NCBI GenBank assembly: GCA_950097015.1
Contig: CATNEN010000001.1
Location: 5,828,001 to 5,892,000 of the forward strand
Length of the DNA: 64,000 bases
Reading direction: 5' to 3'
Origin: Macrostomum hystrix
Lineage: Eukaryota > Animalia > Platyhelminthes
Of the stretch, positions 11,344-23,300 are shown piece by piece. Positions within the stretch are counted from its first letter, which is position 1, and each line of letters begins with the position of its first letter. Made by a program: the position numbers and the translations under genes. The notes under the pieces were generated by a model. The model was not told where the DNA came from and searched no databases. It was given only the letters and a program-made list of their open reading frames with translations.

Positions 11344-14300
11344 ATGTGTGCATGCAATTGCTCATCTAAAGCTATACCAGCAGTTGTTGCTTGGTCAATT
11401 TTGATAGTGTTTACTACACTATACTTTGTTTTTGTGTAAGTCAGTTTTATATGTGCTCTTTTTCTTGTAAATTACTTTTAGTAGCTTCGGAATACAAATA
11501 GTTTTTACTAAAAAATATTTTTTACTAGGCCTAAATAACATTTTTGTGAGAGGCCTATCATAATTTTTGTATTTAGTAAGGCTTTGCAAGTGTAGCCAGT
11601 CATTTTGGCTATTATCATTTTCAGCCATTACCATTCAGCCTGAATACAAGATGTGGTCTATAAAAAATGAGTTCAGGCTATTTTTTTTAAATTAGTGGGA
11701 GGTAAAATATTAATGTTTAAAATGATATTGTGATATATTATATTGCAAAACTTCTGGTTAAGATTTTGATTTTGGAGAACTTGTGTGTATGGCAGATATT
11801 TAACCAGTGTTTTAAGCACATATATGACATAAATTAACCTATAACTCTTTATGTTTTAATGTAATAGAAACTTTACATCTACTTAATTTAACAAAGTATC
11901 TGTTCATTTAACAAAACTGAGGGTAAATAATAATATATTATGAATTAACATATATTTAGTTTTATCTATTAAGGTCTATTAATTAAAGATAGACCTATTC
12001 AAAAAAGTCTCATGTATTTAATTAAGTAAGCTAGCTATATATAGGCCTACTCAGTTTCAAAATTTTGAATGGCTTTATATTTAATTATTTTTGTATTATT
12101 TTTTTGTTGTATTTTGTTCTTATCATCAAATTCATATTTAGTAAATCAAAGGCTAAAAAGACTTAACTACTTTAATATAAAAAACTCTGTGATGGACTGC
12201 AAAGTAAGAAAAAAATAAACTGTGCACTAATAGGTTTTGCATTCTAAATTAAAAATGCTAAATTCACTAAAAATAGTTGAAAAAGTTTGTGTTCCTAACA
12301 AAAACGAAAGTTCTTTGATCATCTAAAGTTTTATTGTCCTATTCAATACTTTGCCTGTCTTTTAGGAGAATTTTTCCTTAAGCAGAATTTATTATGTGTA
12401 GATAAAATAAACTATGTGCTGTTAAGTATTTGTAATTGTGTCAATTTTCCCTTATCATTCTGAAGCCATAATACATAAAATTATACCCTGATCAAGTGTG
12501 ATGCCACATTTGAAGTCTAACCCCCAATTGGCTACTTCTGAAATATTCTTCCCTCCACAATAACTAAGAAGAAAGGAAGGTTAGTTGCATATGCCTTAGT
12601 GTGCAGTCAATGAGATTTGAGCCATTGGCAAAGTTATTCTACATGGCTTCTATATAAAGCAGTTCAATTATTATCTGTCCTTTCTGAACTAGGTATTTTA
12701 TTCCCAACCAGAGAGCATACCTGTATTGTTATAATGCTCAGACTGACAAGAAAATTCAATTTTCATATTAGGTTTCAACAGATTCTTCCTTATTTCTTAT
12801 AATAAAGACAAAAAATTATTTAGATTAAAAAAATCTTGAGTTTGTACTATCTTTGAACGAAAAATCTAGAATTCCCTATTACTTGTGCCCAAAAATAAGC
12901 CCTATAGTATGTATTGTTAAGATAACAACATTGGAGTTTCAAAGAAAATTTCTATGTTTATGCTTTGTGTTTTGAGCACTTTAAGCTATTTTTTCAGCTA
13001 AAAAAATATAGATGAAGATCAACTGTAATGTAATCAATAAATTCTAAGCTTTGGTGGATTAAATTTATTCAGTTGTAAACTTAAGCTTCTAGTTTACAAC
13101 AAAACTTCCTATGTTTTTTTGTGATTGATGTTCATTTTCATAACTGATCAGTGACAAGTACTGATAAATATTTTTATACCATGTGATTTACAACCTACAC
13201 AGGTCACCATACCTGGCTCGCGAAGTAACTTTAGTCATCCCTATCCTGCAAGGCATTGCTGCATTCTTTGTTGTGGCCAATTTTGGTCGGGCCACATTCC
13301 TTGATCCCGGCACTTATCCGCAGGCGTTGCGCAATGAATCCGATGATGATGACGCCAAGGGTACTCTGTTTAAGAATGTAGAAATTCGTGGCTGCCAGTC
13401 TAAAATCAAATGGTGCTCCACTTGTCGGTTCTATCGCCCGCCAAGGTAATAACATGCGAAAATGTTTGACTTGATGAGTAGATTAAGATTTTAAGGTGCC
13501 TGTTGGGTGAGACGATTGGGATTTTAAGGTGCATGTTGGGTGAGAGGATTGGGATTTCAAAGTACATGTTGGGTGAGAGGATTGGGATTTTAAGGTGCAT
13601 GTTGGGTGAGAGGATTGGGATTTAAAGGTGAATGTGGATTGAGAGGATTGGAATTTTAAAGTGCATGATGGGTGAGGGGATTCTGATTTTAAAGTGCATG
13701 TTGGGTGAGAGGATTCTGATTTTAAAGTGCATGTTGGGTGAGGGGATTCTGATTTTAAAGTGCATGTTGGGTGAGGGGATTCTGATTTTAAAGTGCATGT
13801 TGGGTGAGAGGATTCTGATTTTAAAGTGCATGTTGGGTGAGAGGATTCTGATTTTAAAGTGCATGTTGGGTGAGAGGATTGGGATTTCAAAGTACATGTT
13901 GGGTGAGAGGATTGGGATTTTAAGGTGCATGTTGGGTGAGAGGATTGGGATTTAAAGGTGAATGTGGATTGAGAGGATTGGAATTTTAAAGTGCATGATG
14001 GGTGAGGGGATTCTGATTTTAAAGTGCATGTTGGGTGAGAGGATTCTGATTTTAAAGTGCATGTTGGGTGAGGGGATTCTGATTTTAAAGTGCATGTTGG
14101 GTGAGGGGATTCTGATTTTAAAGTGCATGTTGGGTGAGAGGATTCTGATTTTAAAGTGCATGTTGGGTGAGAGGATTTGGATTTCAAAGTGCATGTTGGG
14201 TGAGGGGATTCTAATTTTAAAGTGCATGTTGGGTGAGGGGATTCTGATTTTAAAGTGCATGTTGAGTGAGAGGATTGGGATTTTAAGGTGAATGTGGGGT

Positions 14301-17300
14301 GAGAGGATTTGGATTTCAAAGTGCATGTTGGGTGAGGGGATTCTGATTTTAATGTGCCTGTTGGATGATAGGATTGGGATTTTAAGGTGCCTGTTGGGTG
14401 AGAGGATTGGGATTTTAAAGTGCATGTTGGGTGAGAGGATTCTGATTTTAAAGTGCATGTTGGGTGAGGGGATTCTGATTTTAAAGTGCATGTTGGGTGA
14501 GAGGATTGGGATTTTAAGGTGCATGTTGGGTGAGAGGATTGGGATTTCAAAGTACATGTTGGGTGAGAGGATTCTGATTTTAAAGTGCATGTTGGGTGAG
14601 AGGATTGGGATTTAAAGGTGAATGTGGATTGAGAGGATTGGAATTTTAAAGTGCATGTTGGGTGAGAGGATTCTAATTTTAAAGTGCATGTTGGGTGAGA
14701 GGATTATGATTTTAAAGTGTATGTTGGGTGAGGGGATTCTGATTTTAAAGTGCATGATGGGTGAGGGGATTCTGATTTTAAAGTGCATGTTGGGTGAGAG
14801 GATTCTGATTTTAATGTGCATGTTGGGTGAGGGGATTCTGATTTTAAAGTGCATGTTGGGTGAGGGGATTCTAATTTTAATGTGCATGTTGGGTGAGGGG
14901 ATTCTGATTTTAAAGTGCATGTTGAGTGAGAGGATTGGGATTTTAAGGTGAATGTGGGGTGAGAGGATTGGGATTTCAAAGTGCATGTTGGGTGAGAGGA
15001 TTGGGATTTTAATGTGCCTGTTGGGTGAGAGGATTGGGATTTTAAGGTGCCTGTTGGGTGAGAGGATTGGGATTTTAAAGTGCATGTTGGGTGAGAGGAT
15101 TGGGATTTTAAGGTGAATGTGGGGTGAGAGGATTGGGATTTTAAGGTGAATGTGGGGTGAGAGGATTGGGATTTTAAGGTGAATGTGGGGTGAGAGGATT
15201 GGGATTTTAAGGTGAATGTGGGGTGAGAGGATTGGGATTTTAAGGTGAATGTGGGGTGAGAGGATTGGGATTTTAAGGTGAATGTGGGGTGAGAGGATTG
15301 GGATTTTAAGGCGAATGTGGGGTGAGAGGATTGGGATTTTAAAGTGCTTGTCGGGTAGAGGACTAGGATTTTAAACAGTCGAATTGAAGATGAAGAAAGG
15401 GATTTTAAGTTATCAATAGGAATAAAAGAATCGATATTTTTTATTTTGATTTTGATTTTAAACTGCCGTGTGGAATTTAAAGCGTTTGTAGGCATAAAAG
15501 CTTAAAATTTAAGTTAGACTTGATTTTAGAATACAGAAGAAAACGTGCACGAAAGAATAAATACTTTTTAATTATGAAATATCTTGCTATAGGTCTAGGA
15601 CAAAAATTTATAGATTTGCATTTATTATCCTCAAATCCAGGTGTTCTCACTGCTCGGCATGCGATCGATGCATTGACACCTTCGATCATCACTGCCCTTG
15701 GGTAAACAACTGCATCGGCCGACGCAATTATCGAGCCTTCTTTTTCTTCCTGGCATCGCTAACTGTGCACATTGTGTCGGTCTTGTCTGCTAGCATCTAT
15801 TTCGTTGTCATGCATAGCGAGGATCTGCGTCAAGTTGGCCCGATTGTTGGCATAGTGATCGTCTGCGTTGCCGGCTTACTTGTATTTCCCATCGCTGGAC
15901 TTACAGGATTTCATATCTACCTTATCAGCAAGGGTGTCACCACAAATGAACAGGTGCGTAGTGTTAAAGTAAAACAGGTTTCTCTGTGTTCAGTGTCTAA
16001 CAGGTTTCTCTGTGTTCAGTGTCTAACAGGTTTCTCTGTGTTCAGTGTCTAACAGGTTTCTCTGTGTTCAATGTCTAACATGTTTCTCTGTGTTCAGTGT
16101 CTAACATGTTTCTCTGTGTTCAGTGTCTAACAGGTTTCTCTGTGTTTAGTGTCTAACAGGTTTCTCTGTGTTCAGTGTCTAACAGGTTTCTTTGTGTTCA
16201 GTGTCTAACAGGTTTCTACGTATCCTGTGTCTAACAGGTTTCTCTGTGGTCAGTGTCTAACACGATTCTCTGTGTTCAGTGTCTAACATGTTTCTCTGTG
16301 TTCAGTGTCTAACATGTTTCTCTGTGTTTAGTGTCTAACAGGTTTCTCTGTGTTCAGTGTCTAACAGGTTTCTTTGTGTTCAGTGTCTAACAGGTTTCTA
16401 CGTATCCTGTGTCTAACAGGTTTCTCTGTGGTCAGTGTCTAACACGATTCTCTGTGTTCAGTGTCTAACATGTTTCTCTGTGTTCAGTGTCTAACATGTT
16501 TCTCTGTGTTCAGTGTCTAACAGGTTTCTACGTATCCTGTGTCTAACAGGTTTCTACGTATCCTGTGTCTAACAGGTTTCTACGTATCCTGTGTCTAACA
16601 TGTTTCTTTGTGTTCAGTGTCTAACAGGTTTCTACGTATCCTGTGTCTAACAGGTTTCTCTGTGGTCAGTGTCTAACACGATTCTCTGTGTTCAGTGTCT
16701 AACATGTTTCTCTGTGTTCAGTGTCTAACATGTTTCTCTGTGTTCAGTATCTGATATTCATTGCTTTACAGAAATATAACTACTTAAAGTTACTAAATGA
16801 AAGTAAACAGTCAGTTTTAAGCCCAGTTAAGCGTACATTGGAGCATTGGGACGCTTAACATGGGCTCAACAGTTAAACACGCGCTGCGCAAATTAAATTA
16901 TCGCTTTTCGCTGAAGTTTAAATTAGCTAGTTAAGATTATTAGTAAGGCGATAAGGTTGCGATATATATACAGTACTCAAAATTCTATATATTATATGCA
17001 GAAAAAAGAATTTATATGCACTTTTTTACGTTTCAAAATGCAGTCGCAGTGGATTATAAAATTTGTTGACAAAGTATTAAAATACTTTTAAGTGACACAA
17101 ACCTTCTTTAAGGCCAGATAAAATTTTTTTTCTCAAAGCTTCTCGTGTTGTATACTAATATCTCAGATATTGAGTTCACTCATCCGGATTCTCAGATTGA
17201 GTCTGTCACTCATCCAGATTCTCAGATTGAGTCTGTCACTCATCCAGATCCTCAGATTGAGTCTGTCACTCATCCAGATCCTCAGATTGAGTCTGTCACT

Positions 17301-20300
17301 CATCCAGATCCTCAGATTGAGTCTGTCACTCATCCAGATCCTCAGATTGAGTCTGTCACTCTCCCAGTTCTTCAGATTGAGTGTGTCACTCTCCCAGTTC
17401 TTCAGATTGAGTCTGTCACTCTCCCAGTTCTTTAGATTGAGTCTGTCACACTTCTAGCTCTTTAGATTGAGTCTGTCACACTTCCAGCTCTTTAGATTGA
17501 GTCTGTCACACTTCCAGCTCTTTATATTGAGTCTGTCTCACTTCTAGTTCTTTAGAGTGAGTCTGTCACTCTCCCAGTTCTTTAGAGTGATTCTGTCACT
17601 CTCCCAGTTCTTTCGAGTGAGTCTGTCACTCTCCCAGTTCTTTAGAGTGAGTCTGTCACTCTCCCAGACGCTTACCTCTGCCTACAACCAACCAACGAAC
17701 CAATTGCAGGTGACTCACAAATACGCAGTTGAGAATCCTTTCGACCTTGGCTGTGCTCAGAACTGTGTTGACACCCTATGCGGCTCACAGTTTCCCTATC
17801 CAGTGCGTCCCTTCACGAAGAGACCAGTTGACATTGCTGGCACCGAGACTAGTGTGTCGGGAAAGAAGATTCCAGAGAATCGTGCCAGTTTGCTACGGTA
17901 TCAGGTAAAGTTTGTTTGTATGTATGTGTGTGTGTGTGTTTAAGATACCAGAACTTTAACAATGTGCTTTGATATGTGTTTATTAATATGTTTGGGTTTG
18001 CCTATTATCAATTTCATGTAGATTTGTTTATAACTTGTTATTTATATGGATATAAACATTATATATTCATATATTTGGGAGCTAGCTGTTGTAGCCTAGT
18101 GGTTAGACTCCACTGGAGTCTATAACTGACTCGACTGGAACAATTTGTGTCCATTAGCTAGTAACTTTTTACTTATACCTTTTTGCTATCTTTGCCAAGT
18201 TTACCAAAACTGCAATCAATTTTGCCCACGGAGAGAATTTACTTGTATATTTCTAATCTTGGCTCAGCCTGCCCATTCATTGCCATAGTTTGAACCATAG
18301 ACAAATCCTTGAAACTGCATTCAATTTTGCCAAAACTGCGATCAAGTTTGCCGGAAACTAATTTATTTGAGAACGAATAACTAAAACTAACAGGGAATGA
18401 GCTGACACACTGCATGCACAATTAATTCGATGAGTTATAAAAATCAATGACTAAGTTGATATACGAGTAAATAGAGTCGTCTGGTGCTTGCCATTCAATC
18501 AAAGATGTCGATTAGCTGCAGACACCTCTGAATGTACGTTTAAGTATGATTCACCCACTGAATGCACTTCTGTTGGGTGATGACGCTCATTGAGGCATCC
18601 AGCTCACGCTTGAGCACTGACAGATTTTTACAGCGATGCTGTTCCATCGTGGCATTCGCTGCCAGTGCCAAATTTCTGTCAGCGACTTCCCGTTGGATGG
18701 CAGTCGTTTGAATTCTCAGCTTTAAAGCTGCCTTCAGTGCTGATCCTGCTCTCTCGGCTGGGTTGATGAAGGGTGAATATGGCGGCAGAAAGCGACCGTT
18801 CGACATCACAGGAACGTTGAGATGGGCCCTTGCTCCGTCAAACAGAACTACAAAATCTCCCTCGACCAACTGATCGATCTCTGACAAAAATCCGGCGAAG
18901 TGCTCGTTGCGAAATCCTGTCTGAGATTGTTCTTCATTTGTTGCAAGGCTGCTGTTGGATTACTTTGGACATAGCTACATATTCTCTCCACCATAGCATC
19001 GCTGAGTGACTTCCGTTTGGCACCTCCGCGAGGAAGAGGATCAATGCGACCACTTGCAATAAATCGCCCAACGATATAGGTCACGGTTCTTCGTGCGATG
19101 CCCAAAAGTCTACCGAAATCTTGCCAGTCCTCTCCGTTCTGAAATGCTGTTGAATTAAGCGCTGCCGGTCCTTCGTAGAAATCTTGCCAGTCCTCTCCGT
19201 TCTGAAATGCTTGAATTAAGCGCTGCCGGTCCTTCGTAGAAATCTTGCCAGTCCATCTCCGTTCTGAAATGCTTGAATTAAGCGCTGCCGGTCCTTCGTA
19301 GAAATCTTGCCAGTCCATCTCCGTTCTGAAATGCTTGAATTAAGCGCTGCCGGTCCTTCGTAGAAATCTTGCCAGTCCATCTCCGTTCTGAAATGCTTGA
19401 ATTAAGCGCTGCCGGTCCTTCGTAGAAATCTTGCCAGTCCATCTCCGTTCTGAAATGCTTGAATTAAGCGCTGCCGGTCCTTCGTAGAAATCTTGTTATA
19501 AGATCCGCGCTGAGCCATTCTTGCGCAGCTATGTTTGTCTGCGGTGCTTTGCTATGGGCAAACTTGATCGCAGTTTTGGCAAACTAGATTGCAAAAAGGT
19601 ATAATAATTGCTTCAGATCATTTTAGCTGTTAAATCGGTGCCAGCATTAGCTGGGTTAATTGAGGGTGAGTGTGGCGTCCCCCCTGTCCATGGACTAAAG
19701 AGCCAAACGCAGCCTTGAGATGCGCTACGCAATATGTAGCTGCGGCTGTGCGTTCGGCTGCACATTTAGCCTAATTGGGGACAGGTGTAATTAGTTATTA
19801 TTATTTTTAATTAATTACTTAATTATTATGATATGTATATTTTAAGGTTTTGTTTTAGGATTTGTTTATACATTTTTTAGTTTTTTTTTCATAGACTTTA
19901 GATCTCCTGATTTAGGGTGTTTAGATCAGTTAATTCAGGGTGTTTATATCAGTTTATTCAGGGCGTTTAGATCGGTTTATTCAGGGTGTTTAGATCGGTT
20001 TATTCAGGGTGTTTAGATCGGTTTATTCAGGGTGTTTAGATCAGTTAATTCATGGTGTTTAGATCAGTTAATTCGGGGTGTTTAGATCAGTTAATTCAGG
20101 GTGTTTAGATCAGTTTATTCAGGGTGTTTAGATCAGTTAATTCAGGGTGTTTAGATCAGTTAATTCAGGGTGTTTAGATCAGTTTATTCAGGGTGTTTAG
20201 ATCAGTTAATTCAGGGTGTTTAGATCAGTTTATTCAGGGTGTTTAGATCAGTTAATTCAGGGTGTTTAGATCAGTTAATTCAGGGTGTTTAGATCAGTTA

Positions 20301-23300
20301 ATTCAGGGTGTTTAGATCAGTTTATTCAGGGTGTTTAGATCAGTTTATTCAGGGTGTTTAGATCAGTTTATTCAGGGTGTTTAGATAAGTTAATTCAGGG
20401 CGTTTAGATCGGTTTATTCCGGGTGTTTAGATCGGTTTATTCCGGGTGTTTAGATCGGTTTATTCCGGGTGTTTAGATCGGTTTATTCCGGGTGTTTAGA
20501 TCAGTTTATTCAGGGTGTTTAGATAAGTTAATTCAGGGCGTTTAGATCGGTTTATTCCGGGTGTTTAGATCGGTTTATTCCGGGTGTTTAGATCAGTTTT
20601 TTCCGGTTGTTTAGATCGGTTTATTCAGGGTGTTTAGATCAGTTAATTCAGGGTGTTTATATCAGTTTATTCAGGGCGTTTAGATCGGTTTATTCAGGGT
20701 GTTTAGATCGGTTTATTCAGGGTGTTTAGATCGGTTTATTCAGGGTGTTTAGATCGGTTTATTCAGGGTGTTTAGATCTGTTTATTCAGGGTGTTTAGAT
20801 CAGTTAATTCAGGGTGTTTATATCAGTTTATTCAGGGCGTTTAGATCGGTTTATTCAGGGTGTTTAGATCGGTTTATTCCGGGTGTTTAGATCAGTTAAT
20901 TCAGGGTGTTTAGATCAGTTAATTCAGGGTGTTTAGATCAGTTTATTCAGGGTGTTTAGATCAGTTTATTCAGGGTGTTTAGATCAGTTTATTCAGGGTG
21001 TTTAGATAAGTTAATTCAGGGCGTTTAGATCGGTTTATTCCGGGTGTTTAGATCGGTTTATTCCGGGTGTTTAGATCGGTTTATTCAGGGTGTTTAGATC
21101 AGTTTTTTCCGGTTGTTTAGATCGGTTTATTCAGGGTGTTTAGATCAGTTAATTCAGGGTGTTTATATCAGTTTATTCAGGGCGTTTAGATCGGTTTATT
21201 CAGGGTGTTTAGATCGGTTTATTCAGGGTGTTTAGATCGGTTTATTCAGGGTGTTTAGATCGGTTTATTCAGGGTGTTTAGATCGGTTTATTCAGGGTGT
21301 TTAGATCTGTTTATTCAGGGTGTTTAGATCAGTTAATTCAGGGTGTTTATATCAGTTTATTCAGGGCGTTTAGATCGGTTTATTCAGGGTGTTTAGATCG
21401 GTTTATTCCGGGTGTTTAGATCGGTTTATTCAGGGTGTTTAGATCGGTTTATTCAGGGCGTTTAGATCGGTTTATTCAGGGTGTTTAGATCGGTTTATTC
21501 CGGGTGTTTAGATCGGTTTATTCAGGGTGTTTAGATCAGTTTGTTCCGGTTGTTTAGATCGGCTTATTCCGGGTGTTTAGATCGGTTTATTCATGGCGCT
21601 TAGATCAGTTTGTTCCGGTAGTTTAGATGTTTTTTTTCAAGATGTTTGAGTCTGTTTAATCAGGGACAGGGAGATTAGGTAATTTTATTTGTTGTTTCTA
21701 GAAGTGTTTTAATGTTTATTTAGCTTATTCAGTCCTGTCCTCCCAGTGTGAGAAATCCTCATTAAGAATTGTACGAGGGGTGTTTCAAAAGTAACGAGAA
21801 TTTAGTCATAACTTTTTAATGGATAAACTTTTTAACTTGAAATTTTTACCCTGTAATTTTGCAAATATGGACAGCACACAGCTTCAGTTGCAACCCTGTC
21901 GGTCTACATGCACCAGTGAAATCTCACATTGAAGTCCAGACCTCGAGATTAAAAATTACGATTTTTGTCTGTGGTCTATATACCTGAGAACTTGCTTAGA
22001 ACTTGAAAACTGCTAATGATGCTGCTGATGCACTCAGCTGCTTCTGATACTGTCTCCGGTGTCTGCTGTTTATGGGCAAAGTTGCCTAGGAATTTTTGTT
22101 TTTTATGCTGCATGGGGCTGCTCAAAATTTCAAATGCTTGACTGAAAAGTGCTTTCAAGTGAGACTATGGAACGACCGAAAAATCATTCAGAAATTTGAT
22201 CGAAGGAAGGACAAAGGCATTTTATTGCTGTTCTGGTTCAACTTGGAAAGAAGCCATGCGATATCGCTCGGGACCTGAACCTGGCATTTGGAGATCAGGC
22301 ACTATCGCAAGCGCGGGTTCCCTAGTCCAAGGTCTGACGTTAGAAGCACGTTAGAAAAACGTTACAGGACGAACGAATTTCCGTTAGGTTTACGTTAGAC
22401 TTTAACGTTAGTCTTTCCGTTAGTTCGGTCGTTAGACTAATGTTAGTTTTCCGTTAGAATTTTAACGTTACTTTATTCCACAATAACTGACTATAACCTA
22501 ACGGTTTTTTCCGTGCTGATTTTATACTATATATTTTTCATAACGCACCGTTGCCAATGCAACAAAAGTATTAATTGGAGCAAGAATAAGACAGTGAACC
22601 AAAATCATGCAATTAAACTGACCAAATAAATATTTTCAAATGTGTAATTCCACTAAGTTGTCCAATAAAGTGTGACAATTACTTTAAACATTGCAATATA
22701 TTTAGCTATTTAAATAGATACGGTAATAAAAAAATACTTCTAATAGAAACAGTGTAAGTTTCCTCAACCCACCGCCACTCGAATCTACTTCCCAGTTTTA
22801 CTCGAATGTAAAAATGTCTCCATTTTTTGGGTGTTGCGACTATCAATCTTTCCTTGAATTCACCGCCTCTCATCTTTGTTGAGTTTACCTGCACTCTTGT
22901 CCCTCTGTCAGCTTACTTCTCCATATGGCTGTCTCCTCGCATTCTCTCTTATTTTTCTGATTGGCTGCGGGGCCAGCCACCTCTTATCTCCTCGTTCCTC
23001 CTGGCCAACTATACATTTAATACATACAACAATACATAAGCTCAGTTTTTTATTCTTATTTTCTCGACACATAACACATAAAAGACCTACATCAAGTAAT
23101 ACAAAAGATGGCAAACTAATGGGCGTCGTTGTGCCGCAAAAAGGGGGCGTTAAGTATAAGGCTCTCAAATATTATTAGGGGCGACAAGTATGAGGGCCCT
23201 TATGTAACAAGGACAGTGGTTTGGTTAGCATTTCGGGGCGGCGCCCCCTAAATTCGGTCTTGGTTGCGCTGTCATTGTGGGAAGTAACGACCCCAGAAAA

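Larger units (their letters stand above)
18088..19782 (+). mobile_element. SINE family B copy split by the Tc1-like insertion
   Basis: 18088-18175 (tRNA-like GTAGCCTAGTGGTTAG head, CAATTTGTGTCCATTAGC) and 19604-19782 (AATTGCTTCAG..GTCCATGGACT..CAGCCTTGAGATGCG..TAGCTGCGGCTGTG) are collinear with the contiguous copy at 48820-49085. Confidence 0.65.

Noticed and set aside
13483-15495. Long repetitive ORFs (also 4727-5495, 7060-8283, 29568-31094, 43128-44438, 45280-45935, 50066-50811, 57053-58497) as repeat proteins
   Set aside because: They coincide with minisatellites, are often open in several frames or on both strands, and mostly lie inside introns defined by conserved flanking exons.
511-22199. 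In-frame stops (TAA 511, TAG 652, TGA 22197) as evidence of stop-codon reassignment or readthrough
   Set aside because: All three stop types terminate intact ORFs in the window, and the affected ORFs carry other lesions (frameshifts, a transposon insertion).
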